Positions 37,216-50,735 of a stretch of 64,000 nucleotides of DNA are shown in pieces. Source of the stretch: Ophelia neglecta (taxonomy: Eukaryota); NCBI GenBank assembly GCA_965285935.1, contig OZ260662.1, forward strand, positions 20,584,001-20,648,000. The letters run 5' to 3'. The first letter of the stretch is position 1. Each line of letters starts with the position of its first letter. The translations under genes and the position numbers were made by a program. Under the pieces are notes generated by a model. That model did no database searches. It was given only the letters and a program-made list of their open reading frames with translations, and was not told the origin of the DNA.

Positions 37216-40200
37216 ATGGATTTCCCGTTTTATTTAGAAGCCTTAAGAGATATCAATTCTCATACAGACGAAGCAGAGTATGATTTTTTCAAGCAGCATG
37301 ATGGTTTTCTACGTATAACTTCCGCTCAAAGATTACTCAGTTTAGGAGCCGGTAAGCAAAAGAATTACCTGCTCAATCACTATATAAGATAGAACGAGTC
37401 CATATAGTACTAACTTTTCTCAGCCATATGTATGTGTTCTCTTGTTTCTGCGCAGGGCGCCTGCCCGCTGCTGCCTATGTATAAATAGTTATGGGTGGCG
37501 GCGGATGGGCGTCTCGTGTGTCTGTGTGATTGACAAATAAGGAACACCCATTCTCGGGCGCTTCATGCTAATCTGGTTCAGGTGCTTTGTTATATCATCA
37601 TCATATTTCTTGCAATACTATCAATCTATTGTATTTGTATTATTATCGGTTGTGCACCATTTTGATAAACAAGTGACTATTGTTATATTTTATTGTAAAT
37701 AGTAGGCTATTTTACAAATATTTTGTTACAATGGCTCTTTAATTTTTCTTTAATAACCAGTTTTTGGACTACTTTATTGATTATACTTTATCGTATCTTA
37801 TCGCTCCCTGCCTACTTTCCAGTTTCTTGGTGTTTTGGAACTGGTGACTTAGCAGACAAATCACACGTTATGTCAGTTAATTATAAGTATAGTTACTCCC
37901 TCATCTCATGTCATCATATCATTTTTTATCCCACGCATATTTATAAAGATTGTCTCAATGATTTATTCGAAAATTACCTTTTTCGAAGCCCTTGGCTTCT
38001 GCAAAATCCAAATTATGTAAATAAATATGTTAAGACCAAATACTTAAATTGACTTCTGAAATGACATAAGGATATGGACAGGATGAATAGATAAATAGAA
38101 GTCACTCTGTGCAACAGTGCGAATCCATACATGATCAAATTTTTGTTAAGGGTGTAGAGAGATCTGCTTATTTCCAAATACCTTCATGTAAACATTAAAC
38201 GAATACCAATTGTGTTTTGGTCACATCACTGGCATGAAATTGATATATTCATATTTTCTTACGTGGATTTTACTTTTGACAAGAATCATACACAAGTTGC
38301 TGCAAAGAACACACCTTGTTCGTTTACCCCACAGTGTAAAGTGTAGATTGAAACAATGGAACAAACAATTTATCAAATATACCTCAAGGAAATATTTGGC
38401 AATAGCACTGATAGAATTTCTTGGGGACAAGATTTATTGAAAACAAATCAAGTCACTAAGATTTAACAACACTTCGAAGGTACAGCACTATTAGCACCAT
38501 TAGACTGGACAAATTCATGCAGTTAAACATGTTTGAATAACATCCTGAATTTGGAAAGGTTACAATGGGGACAGCCTTTCACTTGGTAGGCATGTTTTCA
38601 ATCAATCTCCTTTTGAATATAAAGAGAGTTTGACTCTTATATACGAGACGCGCACAAAGCGATATTGAGGCAAAACGGACAACACTGCGATGTAAGAACC
38701 GTTACTCAATAATTTTTGCAGGTGACGGACACTTTGAGGATCAGCTAACCAAACAAGGTTTATTAAAGAACTTAGAGTTTTACCATGCTGTCGAACCAGA
38801 TGCGACGGTATTAAACAGTCTGAAGTCTCGGATGCAGGCTCTTTTTCCTAAAGCGTTCGTAAGTTGAAGAATTTTATTATTTAATTTAATAGCAATTAGG
38901 CCAACAAGTTCCTTGAACTGATTTTGCAAGTTTTAGGAGTCTTCTGAGATAAACCAAACATCAAAGCGATGCGAATGCCTAGGACGACGGCATAGGCATA
39001 GACTGAATTAATATGTTTCCTACTTACAGACAATCTTTCAACATATGCCGGCGGATGAGTTCGTAGGAATAGCAAAAAACGGTGACGTCATCGTTGATGA
39101 GATGGAAGAGACACCGGGAAAATACGACGTCATACTAATAATGCGCATGCTGAGTTATGTAAAGGACAAGGTAGATTACATGCACTATTTCTTACCGAAG
39201 TCCCGGGTTGCCGGTTACTACATCCAATTCACAAATGGGTTTGTCATGATGAAATGGGTTATATCTGACAACATACACTCACCCTACAGAGGTACCATCT
39301 GGTGCAATTTTTTGATAAACAATTATCATCCTTTGGCCAAACTATTCGTATTCCAATGGGTTAGTTTCCTGAATGGTGGGAAGTTGAACATTATCAGGAA
39401 ATGTTCACCTTATTTTAGGTATATAAATGATTTATTTTCGTATATAAATAAATATTTAAGACAATATTTCCTGCTATGTTCGGGTCTTTATCACAAAAGA
39501 GAAAATGATTTCGATATTCAGATAGTAAATTTCCCATTCCTTGGCAGCAATAGTTTTATTTTCCAAGTTTTTGAATGATATTTCGAGGCCTCAGGTTTAT
39601 AAGAGCTTAAACGTGTGCTGTATGAATGATTGTTCGCTTGCCTCATAATTACATCACCTATTGATGGCTTCCATTCATATATTTTTACACTCACTTATTT
39701 GAATTCTGGTACAAAGTGTCACAAGAATTGTCGCCCTTGCCTCTTAATAACATCAATATTCCTGTACTTAAATATAATAGCAACAAATATATATGGCATA
39801 TTGTGTGTGCTGTTACGACATATAAGTCCTTTTTATATAAAATAATTTCAATAATGACATCATTGAATGTGTTACGTGTTATTTTCCTTGCGAATAGTGG
39901 TACGTATAGAAAAATTTTAACATCCAGAGAAGGGTCACTCTCTGTGACATTTCTTTATCCTAACCATAGGACCCATAACTCGATGCTCATTTCATAACAA
40001 ATAACACCATGTAGTACCAAATTTGATTTGATCTTTTAAAGGTAAGACTTCTTCGCCTCGCATATTCCTTGTTACTTGAAGGCGGGAAAATAATAATTGT
40101 CCACAATGAAGGTGCCTCTACATTTTCGCTTTTTGGTGAGTTGTTTTGTGGTATCTGTTTTGAATTTTAACAGTTTAACAGTTTGCATATAGAATCACAT

Positions 40201-43200
40201 GTTTAGCGAGTTTCTTTTTCAACTGATTTGATTTATTGTCAAACTTAATTTTGTGATAATAATGAATGCCCCTGGATCGGCTACTAGATGGCCCAACGCT
40301 CTCAATTCTAGCATACTGTTGTTTGCTATAAAGAACCATGTACAGAAAACATTATTCGCAGCTGCCAGAATCCTATTATCAATATTCTTATTTAGGATCT
40401 TATTCCCAATTTAAATGCTGCAATTCTTCAAATACCTGGAATATCAACTGTCCGATGACACTCTAAACATCTTGAGTTAATGCCTTGTAGACGAAACACT
40501 AGCATTAATTATGAACGTTTATGACAGCGGGCCGGAATAATCGCGAACCACCAGCCACAGGCCCATATATCTCACATACAAATAAATCTCCAGCTCCCAA
40601 ACAGTAAATAAAGTTATAAGACGATAATAGATATTGATGTTGTTTGCAATGAGAAGCGATCAACAGTTTTTCGTGATGCGAGTCAGCCTTAAACAAACGG
40701 GTTTATGGTAAAGGTAGTACTGATAAAATATGATCCAGGATGGCCTATGATGGTCCAAGCTATATCACCATTAGGAGATTGAAGATGAAATTTTCAATAA
40801 TCAATTGACATTACACCCAGAAAACGGCCCCATAAAATTATTCGCGTCATAATTATAGAATCTGATTACATTGCTGTTATCTTTAGGGACAAGTACATTA
40901 TATAATTTAGGCAAAAAAAAGTGATAATTTAATTTATTGATTTAACCATGCATATATATTCAGAGGCGACAACGTACACTGTTTCTCATACTGTATGTTA
41001 ATGTCGTCTTTCTTTATATATCGCAAAAATGGCCATGTTTTCATACCACACAATGCTGATATTGTTATATTCCTGTTTCTAAAACTTTTGCAATGATTCA
41101 TGTGTGTCTGAACACACAGAAGTACAACTTTTATCTGCTGTAAGAGACTTGAGACATATGTGTGTGGGAATTTGTCTGCTGGTACCTGGTTAATATGGAC
41201 CGATTGTTTGACAATTCTTGAAAACTTATTTTGTTTTGTCTGTTTTGTATCTACTTTCGTTTTTGTCGATTAACATGCAATTAATGAAATATGTGTTTTT
41301 CTTTAAAAAAATCGCCTTTTTAAGCTTTCAAACGCTACATGCAGTTTTCAGATCCTGATGGACATTGCATATACTATATGCATATATACTGTATGTGTTC
41401 AGTAGAATCAAAAATCGAGTGTTGTATTTGTCAATGTGTGCAGCTTGCACTCTTATATATAATATTGGTGCTATTTATAGGTGAGCGTTTCGGCATAAGT
41501 AAGAGACAATACTACGCCCGTCACATTGCAGAGGATTTGAAAAGCGCAGGTCTCATTTACAAAGGTAAAACGCACTGTTTAATGGTTTAAACGGCAGTTT
41601 TCTCGTTACTTTTATTACATGAGAAGTTGGTTTTTTGGCAAATTTATGTGCATGCCAAAACATATACATCTAGTGACTTGTCATTTGGGGTTATAAAAAC
41701 TGCAAACTAGACATAAATGAAATAAATGGGTGGATTTTTATGGTAACACGACTTCTTATTCTTAAGAAGAAGTAGAAAATTGTGGCTTTGGATGTAGTAA
41801 CCAAACATTAATGATGCTAAATAGGAAAAGCTAAGTAGAAATGTCATATACTGTCAACCCTCTCTTTCAGAAAATTTTGCTTTATATGACTTTTATGACA
41901 TTCTAATTAACTAGTATAATATCAATGTACCCAAATTCGACAAAACTGACTCTTTGGAGGATGGGCACTGAAAAAGTTTAACGAGGAAATATGATTTTTG
42001 GTCCGTAAAGGAATCATCTAACACATATATACATTAAATAGAGTTCTGCAGGCCCTGCGACGAAGTAATAAGTGGAATAGGTGACTTATTTTTGTAATTT
42101 GACAAAAGATAGGACGAAAGAGGTCCCCATCCTTCTTTTTTAGAAAGTTTTGCTTTATATGATTCTTTTGACATTCTAATTATTTGATTGAATAAAAATT
42201 GGCGGGCATTAACTAAATAAAATATAACGCAGAAGGGAAAACCTTGAAAAAATGGAAAAGAAAACTTGGAAGGGCGGACTTAGCACTGCAGAAGTTTAGG
42301 GAAATTTGATTTCTGATTCGGATAGTAGTAATGTAATGTAAATTCAATGGACCAACATCGACTTACATATCACGTAGCAATAAACTGTTTACATCTTTAA
42401 GATATTTGACCACCTGACGCCTGTGTCCCGCTACCTATGTATAACTAGTTATACTAAGGCTGCTGCGGAGAAGCGTCCAGTGTACCTGTGGATTAATTAT
42501 AATTTATTATTATTTAATTTTAATTGTAGCATAAACAATAACAATATAAGCTATGGCAAATAGATTTTGTGAATTTAATGTAAAACCTGAACAGATGTTG
42601 GCATACACAGTATGTTCACGTTTAAAGGAAGAAAGTTTGATGGAAATAAACACTCATTAATATAAAAAAAAACATGGCAAAAACATAAGTCTATTTCTTC
42701 AGTTTCTTTCGAAATGACAAAAAAACCTATTTCTGCCAGAATATAAAATAAATTCGTTTTTTTCCATAGAACAAACGGCCTGTCAGATGTTGATGTTGCC
42801 CACAATGTTTAGTAAAGTTATGAGATTTATCGTGCGCCTTAATAAAATTTATGGCCAAAATTCGCATGTTCCGGATAAGAAATCCTCTTTCAATGTTTAA
42901 TGACAGTTACGAGTCTTGACACGAAAAAAGGAGTTATCAATTATATGTCATTCAAAATAATACTTTCGGGGAACTTCCTTTCAACTAAGACAATTATAAC
43001 AAAACACATGTTGTGACCGTTGTATTCATTTTGGGAATTGGGCAAGGTATTCGAATTGCAACAATCGTGTTTTAAGATGTATTCGCTCAGGTCAGCGCAA
43101 AAACTTATTTATTCTATCTTATGTATTGTCACAAATATTAATAATTACACGTACTTTTCCGTCATATGAGTACAATTACGTAGGCAGAGAGATGGTTTAT

Positions 43201-44374
43201 AAAGAACTCTTTTTGCTATCATTAATTGTTGTTTCACGAAAACGTTTGTATATTTTGTCCTCAATACGTATCACATATTAACCAAATTTCTAGAACATTG
43301 TATTATCTTCTTTCAGAATACAAAATAACGGACTACCTTAATCATCGAGGCACATCAAAACTGGTAGCAAACATTTACTTCATGAGAGAAGCTTCAGATA
43401 CGGAGGTATGGTATCATAGATATCAAAAAATACGTTTAGTTATTTATAAAGCTACAGGCAATAGACCTACATGCAACGCAATACCCAATGTATCACATTA
43501 GGGACTGTAATGTGATTTAACATTACATTCTGATCTCCCCAGAAGGGAACAGGGGTAATTATTCTTATTTATTAAAAAAGTCATCAAAAAAGATTTCAGC
43601 AACTTTTTGCTATGCTCGACGGATAAGCATAAACAAAGTTCATTTGATCTTTGCCCCTTCCTTCCTTCAGATATAACCGATCTTATGGAATATGAAAATA
43701 TAGGGGGTGGATTTACAAACTTGCCAAAAATTGACTTGAAACGTTGTCTTTTAGCGGAGAACAAGTATTTGTATTTGCAAATTAATCTGCTTTCAAAATT
43801 GAACTCTTTTATTTCCTAATGTTCTCGTTTAAGACCGTTTATGCACGTTGGTGTTCATTCAGTATTTCTCACACCACTTGCCTGTTCACAAAACTCAAAA
43901 ACTTAAGGTCATCATACTGGGATGGACGTAATACAGGACAATACATTGAAAATATAAAGAACTTATGACCTTCAGCTGCTATATCAATATGATCAATTTG
44001 AGTATCCTTATATGTTAAATAGTCTCCCTTTTCTATACGTTACACCATTCTTCAAGGGTATACGAAGCAAACAATATTTCAAATCAAATGGGAGAGTCCG
44101 GTTGCATTATTAGCTTTAATTCGACGGGGCTAAAGTTAGATTTTTACTCTAAATTTATCCTCAAATTTAGGATTTCGCTGAAATAAATAATTAAATGAGT
44201 ATTTTAGTAATCAGTACTATGCACAATAAACACTATTCCATACTTGTAATAGACATTTTTTAAACATTCCAGTATGAGAAGTTCCGCGAATTCATTGACG
44301 AAGTTGTACCATCAGGGAGGGAACCTCTCCCCCAGTCAATATTTGTGATTGAAAAGCCCAAACATAGCTGTTGA
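37216..44374 (+). CDS. HNMT-like SAM-dependent methyltransferase copy C, complete, 260 aa (exons 37216-37351 [exon 1 variant 6], 38722-38858, 39030-39170, 40042-40135, 41481-41564, 43317-43405, 44273-44374)
   Basis: Seven GT-AG exons total 783 nt with no internal stop: MDFPFYLEALRDINSHTDE..RLLSLGAG|DGHFED..HAVEPD..KYDVILIMRMLSYVKDK..SIFVIEKPKHSC*. Class I MTase motif I is split by intron 1; colinear with HNMT. Confidence 0.92.
38190..38560 (-). mobile_element. Decayed LINE ORF2 C-terminal remnant in intron 1 (also ~57860-58230; split by the LINE in copy B)
   Basis: SAIAKYF..RTRCVLCSNLC..KSKIHV resembles the AKFR..C..C..E.EIHV CCHC region. Confidence 0.4.
39330..39600 (+). mobile_element. Decayed Penelope-like RT fragment in intron 3 (also ~21480-21740 and ~59005-59275)
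   Basis: QTIRIPMG, FRYINDL (NIDDL in copy B) and LYHKRENDFDIQIVNFPFLGSN match the Penelope-like motifs GIPMG, RYIDD and LYDKRDDF.F.IVNFPFL.SN in order. Confidence 0.75.
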
Positions 44375-47285
44375 TTGGAAGAATATTATCATACAATTTG
44401 CGCTGTTTGCTCAATATAATACAAGCGTGCAGTTTAAGACCAAGTACGTGAATCTATATTAAATTTCCTTTATCCATAATTGATAAATAGTTATTGATGA
44501 TACTTAATGATTAATATATGTATGTGTTTGATGATAAGGTTGATGCACTGTGAACGAATCAACCACTGCTTATAAGTTTTATTATACAGTTTCAAACACC
44601 ATATTAAATGTTTATAGAAATTAATATCGTTATATTACACATTTTCGTTTTTTGATATTCTTATGAGAAAGAATCGAGCAATAAACTTATTTTTCTTCGT
44701 TCAGGTTGTAGTTTTGACAGCGAGAAATCGGCGCCATAATGCTTTGAAATTATACAATTTATCAATTTACATGCTTTTACAGGCTTCATAGATGATTGAC
44801 CTAGTCTTCCACGATAGAGAAATAAATTAACAATAACATTTTATCACAGAACAATTGGACACATCAAATTAATCATAGAATCTCTTTCATTATGTTTCTT
44901 TTTTATAAAAATCCTTCAGGTGAATATTTGCAAACTAAACAAAACAAACTAAAAAAGCACTGAATTTCTTAAGCAAATAGTCCTATTCCTATTAAGTTTC
45001 GCATTGGGAACAGAACTAGGCATAAATTTAAAACACGAACCTTACTACTGCCACATGGTACCAAATCCATAGAAATAGACATGTAACCTTTCGACATTAT
45101 TCAATTATTTCTCGGGTATCTTAATATTGTCCGCTACGTTCCGTATATCTTTTCTATGCCAATGAGTAACACCAGTAGTATGCCAGAATAATACGTACAC
45201 AGCCCACGTACCTTATCCCGCTGGAAACCAAAAATTCGTATATCCAACGATAGTTTCATTAATCTAAAATAGCACATACATCAATCATGATAAGTTATAT
45301 TTACAAAATCTATACATTTTGGTAAACATTCTTCAGAGACTTTACTACAATACCAGAGAATCTCGCACAGTGTACACCGCCGTGTTTGCAGAATACATCT
45401 CATTCACATTTATAAGTAGTCTCATTACGCGACAGAAATTCATTTGCATGACTATTATATATAGAAGCTAATGCACTAAAATATATGTCTTAGATTCCTC
45501 TTCATGGGGGAGAACAAATGCAATAAATGAGGGCCTTAAGGATTGTAAACAGAACAGTTAACAGTATTTGGAATAAATAATTAAGAATTCTGCGACTTTT
45601 CCACCCAACACGAGACACATTATGACATAACATGTAACAACATGTACATATAATGTACGGCAGTAGCAACCTGGGCGTTATCAATTATCCGGCCTTAGGG
45701 TTCTCCTCACCAAAGGATCCATAGAGACCGGCGCTTATCCCGTGTTACGGTACCTATTGTGGGCAGACCCATTAAACTGGCAATCTATGTTTACGGTACA
45801 GCACCAAAAAACTAGTGGCTTTATGTCAACACAACCAGATGCAGCAGAGTGCGCTGTGCCGAACAAGATAAACCATTTAGTTATGACCTTAGAGGACAGT
45901 TCAGAAGTTCGCAGAAGACATCCGAAAATTTTCCTGCCGATCTAACTGAGTGGCTAGGTCCTGATAATTTTGTCGACAAACAAATATATAAATACAGTTA
46001 TCCACTTGAACGGGGGTAGAACTGAAAGCAATGACCGATAAAGTGTTGAATCTGTGACCTCAAGATGTTGTTGGTTACGTTCTGCCGCTACCAGATGTGA
46101 GCAAAAACAAGAAAGTTGGTTTTAAACGATGGCTGCCCGTCCGAGAATTTAATAGTCATATAGTTCAGAGTCGAAGACATCCATAATATTCCGGTTAACT
46201 GAAGATTCGCGTTACAAGTTTTCATCAGTTTATGTTAGTTTTCATCTGTTCGTCTACAGTGTTGGCCTGTGCATTCTTTTGTTACGCCTATAAATAATGG
46301 TGACTGATAATACCGGGAGTTCGCCGGGTGCTAGAAATGCGCCAAGCAATAATTGACGGGTGCCATACTAAATGAGATAAAATCTAGCGCTACACTGCAC
46401 TACGTGTGATGTGCGAGGCCATCTTGAGAAATCTGTCTCCTGCAGGTTCAGGGCACATCCGGCGAGAAAATCTCGCGTGACGTAATTATTTTTGCAGAGC
46501 TATAGCCTTGCGATGTCATCGAGGTCATGCGGCGGCATAAGGCGGCTAACATTAAACTATATATAGCGAATCAAATGACTCTCCATTCATGTCAATGTAG
46601 GTGACAAAGAAAATAGTGGCACAGTATAAGATGCTGAATTCTTATCCTATTAGCCGTTCATACTTATGGCAACACTAATAATTAATACTTACATAATCTA
46701 CTATTTAACAGTACTAATTATTTTATACTTTATACGGTTTTATTGTATTGTTATTATTAAAGTAAATATTAAGTGGGGCAATCGGACACGGAACAATTGT
46801 TTGTACCTGGAGACAAACTGTTTTTTCCCGCATTACATTCACTTTATTCTGATGAGGCTGAAAAAGCTATACGAAATACGATTTTTTGGCACATATAAAT
46901 TTATTGAAATTGGACAAGTGACAATACCTAGTATTCTTTTCTACCAAAACACAAATAAAATAATATGTTTTTTTTGGAGGATTGTATTGAAAAATGGATC
47001 GCTGACTTTATCCCGACTTGAATTCCTAAAAGCCGGGTATAAAATCTAGGAAAATCGTCAGCAGTCTTAGAAGTATGAACTATGGTTGCATGTATTAGTC
47101 ATTAGAAAGTTCAGCATGAACAAGTATTGTTGTCTATTAGTCTTTTTTGTCAAGTGATGTAAATAACAATAACCTGTGAAGTAGCTTGTTGAATTTGGTT
47201 AATTATGAGTTGTGCTATAAAGTAGAAAATGCTTGTTTTACGAATAGGCCTTTATTGCTTCAGTGATTGGTTAATCTAGTACGAA

Positions 47286-48564
47286 CCCAGCTAGCACAGT
47301 CACATTGGGCCAACGTTGTGCCAATTATTCATGATACATTGGCCCGATGATGTAACGACAATATCGGGCCAACGTAATTTTGGCCAGCAGGCCAACTATG
47401 GTGCAACGTCGTAGGCATAGGCATTCGGCCAACGCTGGGCCACATCCTAGCCAATCATTTGCTCACTTCATTGGACCATCATAAGGCCACTATTTGACCA
47501 GCATTAGTTGGGGGATATGTTAACAGTGCAGGCTTGTGTGCAATTGTGACTGTTGAATTAAGTTGGCCCACTATTGGCCCAACATAGACCTAAAGTGTGA
47601 GCAGCATTACCCTGTGGTATGTTGCCCTGTATAAGGCTGTATGGTTGATCTAGTTATAGACAAAGAAAAAAATACAGATACACATTCAAATTACTTTATT
47701 CCACAAGTGATACATTTATCAATGTGTCAATTGTCGCCTTGGTTGGAGCATCACTCTCCAGGGATGGAGCTCAGTCAGCTGTAAATGGAAATGTCTAGGT
47801 TACTCATCAATCAATAGGTTTTTCTGATCACAGAGAAATCATAAACAAACCTCAGGGCGGGCATGACTTCTTTGCCACTATAACAAAACAATAGCCTATT
47901 GTACCTTACTTAAAGAATACCGGAGATATTAATATTGTTTGTAGCTATGAAACCAAACTGATACATCCACTTACCTATAATAATCAGGTGACAGTTTTCA
48001 GCAGCTCGAAATCGCAAAACCAGCGTGAAGGATTCTTGAATGCGGGAAGACAAGGAAGTATAACTGCGCATGTGCGAAGTATTCGTGCGCGGAACTCAGC
48101 GCGCCAAACCACTCACTTTCAAATCGTCCCTTGCGTGAGAGTAGCGCCAAGAAATAGTCTAGCCGCAATGAATATGCTACGGATATAGAATTTGCAACAA
48201 ATTTGATGCTCAAGATGTACATATATATGTCTAGTGGTTCGATCATTAAAAAAAAATTCGAATGATCGCTTGTCCTAAACCTGCAGCCATAAGTCGGAGG
48301 AAAGTGTTGAAATTGCAAAGTTACCCCAACGTTTTGAACCTGCATCGGCCAAACAATGTACATAGACCATATCGCAGGAATGCTGTCGCCTTACTTTGGG
48401 CCAATGTTGGAATTACAGCATCGTCCCCATTTTGAACATACTGCATTGGGCCGACTAAGTAAATGGGTTGTATCGCCGGAGTGCCCCGAAACCTTCATTG
48501 GGCCAATGCGGTGAATTCGATCGCGATCTTACGATGTTGGCCCAATGTGACTGTGCTAGCTGGG
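47286..48564. mobile_element. Non-autonomous CMC/EnSpm-like TIR element upstream of exon 1 variant 7
   Basis: Perfect 29-bp TIR CCCAGCTAGCACAGTCACATTGGGCCAAC; many subterminal TTGG(G/C)CCAA motifs; empty in other cassettes; TSD not clean. Confidence 0.88.
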
Positions 48565-48845
48565 TTAAGCCTAAAAATAGCCCCCATGCGCCCTAGCGGC
48601 ACGACTTAAAAAAGAACTATGGCACAGTTGCCACACAGTACTAGTGTTAGGCATGTGTTTAGCATAGGCTTACCTTGACGGCGGGTGTTTAACATGGCCT
48701 CATCTTGCCGCTCGGCTGGTTTGGCATGACCAAAAAAAATGCGCTCATCGCGTGAATTAGTGGTTACTTAACTGTGACGCCGTAAAATACACATCTGGTA
48801 CCGAAAAGCTGTCGTACCGAACACTCAACGTGATATAGAGGTGAA

Positions 48846-48981
48846 ATGGTTTTCTCGTTTTATTTAGAAGCCTTAAGAGAGTTCAATTCTCATACAGAAG
48901 AAGCAGAGTATGATTTTATTCAGCAGTATGATGGTTTTCTACCTATAACTTTCGCTCGAAGATTACTCAGCTTAGGAGCCG
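48846..48981 (+). CDS. HNMT-like coding exon 1, variant 7 (intact, most diverged)
   Basis: MVFSFYLEALREFNSHTEEAEYDFIQQYDGFLPITFARRLLSLGA(G); 136 nt; donor GTAAGC; small deletion just upstream of the ATG. Confidence 0.7.
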
Positions 48982-49074
48982 GTAAGCAAAACAAAACCTT
49001 ATCAATCACTATAAGATAGGACGAGCCCATATAGAACTCACTTTTCTCAACCATATGTGTTCTACTATATAACA

Positions 49075-50735
49075 AATATGTGGGCGGACATGCTGGCTTC
49101 CGGGAGAAGCACGGGGTTATTGACAATCTTTTTGTGATGCAAGTATTTGCGGAGAAATGGCTAGGTGAGAAACGCCAAATATTTACGGCAATGGTGGACT
49201 TTAGCCGCGCTTTCGACTCTGTAGTACACGCCAACGCGTGGTACAAATTAATGAAGGCCGGCGTGAGGGGAAGAATTCTCTCATTTTTCAGACGCATGTA
49301 TGAAGAAAAAGGCGCTTGTTCGTGATCAGACTGGGACCCTGGGGGAGGAATGGACGTGCGGTAATGGGGTACGCCAGGGCGATGTGGCCAGCCCTCTAAT
49401 ATTTGCCTTCCTAATCAACGATCTTGAGGAGCCGCTATGCCGGAGTAATATCGACAGTCCTGATTGGGACCCCCTAGGCGTGGCACTCCTGCTTTACGCC
49501 GATGATTGTTTGATCGTTTCCACTACGGCAGAGGGGCTACAGAGAGGACTTCACAGCCTATCAAACTGGTGTAAAGAATGGCCACTTACGGTCAACCAGG
49601 ACAAAACTAAAATCTTCATATATCGCCACGGTCGAAAAATGCCACCCGAAAAGTTGTATTATGACGGCACGAAACTTGAGAAGGTAGATTCATTCCTATA
49701 TCTAGGAGTACTACTGAACGGTAACAACCCATGGAAAGAGGCCAAATCCAGAACCCTTAGCCAGGCTGGCAAGGCGATGTGTGGACTGGAAGTAAAACTC
49801 CACAGATTGGAATTCACTGTGACAGAAAAGGTTGAACTGTCCAACATTATGGTACTACCAGTCCTGTTATACGGGGCGGAACTATGGGGCTATGAACCCA
49901 GCCCACAACTGGACCGGTTTCAATTGGCTTTTGTAAAGCGTCATCTTCATCTAAAGAAAACAACCACTACCGCCATGATATTGATGGAGTTGGGCATCTC
50001 CCCAGCTAGTGAACTAAGAGAGAGCAGGGTGGTGGGTTACTGGGCCTCCCTGATCGATCCAACACACAGATATAAACTGTCTAGCAAGCTATATTTAGAG
50101 ATGCGAAGGTCGACTAGAGATATCAGGTGGTGCACCGGTGTAAGAGACATATCGTCTCTTCAAGGATACGGTACGGAATGGCGGACCAATCAGATCACCA
50201 GAAAACAGTCCTTCATGGCTAGATATAAGGACGTCTCCAGAGAGCATACGTTCATGAACTCCTTTATTATGTGTGTCGAAAGTAGCAAGGGCGAATTATA
50301 CCATGACCTTGTGGCGAAGTCCGACGTGGGAGAACCCGCCTGGCATTTGTTAAATCTGGACTATGGTAACGCCATCACACTCACCAGGTATCGCCGGAGA
50401 AATTGCTCCGTGGGGTCAGGAACCTGTAGCTGGAAAAACAGACCTACTAGTAATAAACCGTGCAATTATAGAGGTTTGGTTGATGATGATTGCCACTTTT
50501 TGCTACAATGTGACAGATTCGATAATCAGCGAAATCAATTAATCGACAATTGTTACAGGCTAGTCCCAACACAGCAGACGGTGGTAAGACTGCTAACGGC
50601 GAGATGTCGGAGAACGCTAAACAGACTGGCCCGATACATCCGAGAGTGTGACAGAATGAAGAAGGATGTTTAGATAGAACTCTGCCGCCAAAGAGACATG
50701 GATGCACTGGGGGTGAACGACTCCTTTATGGCATC
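49075..50735 (+). mobile_element. RTE-X-like LINE, RT and C-terminal zinc-finger-like region (one frameshift near 49310)
   Basis: AGFREKH, VDFSRAFDSV, GVRQGDVASPLIFAFLINDL, LLLYADD, YLG, CHFLLQC; 457-aa ORF at 49300-50673. Confidence 0.95.

Noticed and set aside
37823-37843. Possible micro-exon SWCFGTG supplying motif I
   Set aside because: Exon 1 already supplies LSLGAG in the correct phase and aligns much better with HNMT.
38356-38466. MEQTIYQIYLKEIFGNSTDR as a possible first exon
   Set aside because: Ends in a stop with no donor, is split by a LINE in copy B, and is better explained as the antisense of a decayed LINE.
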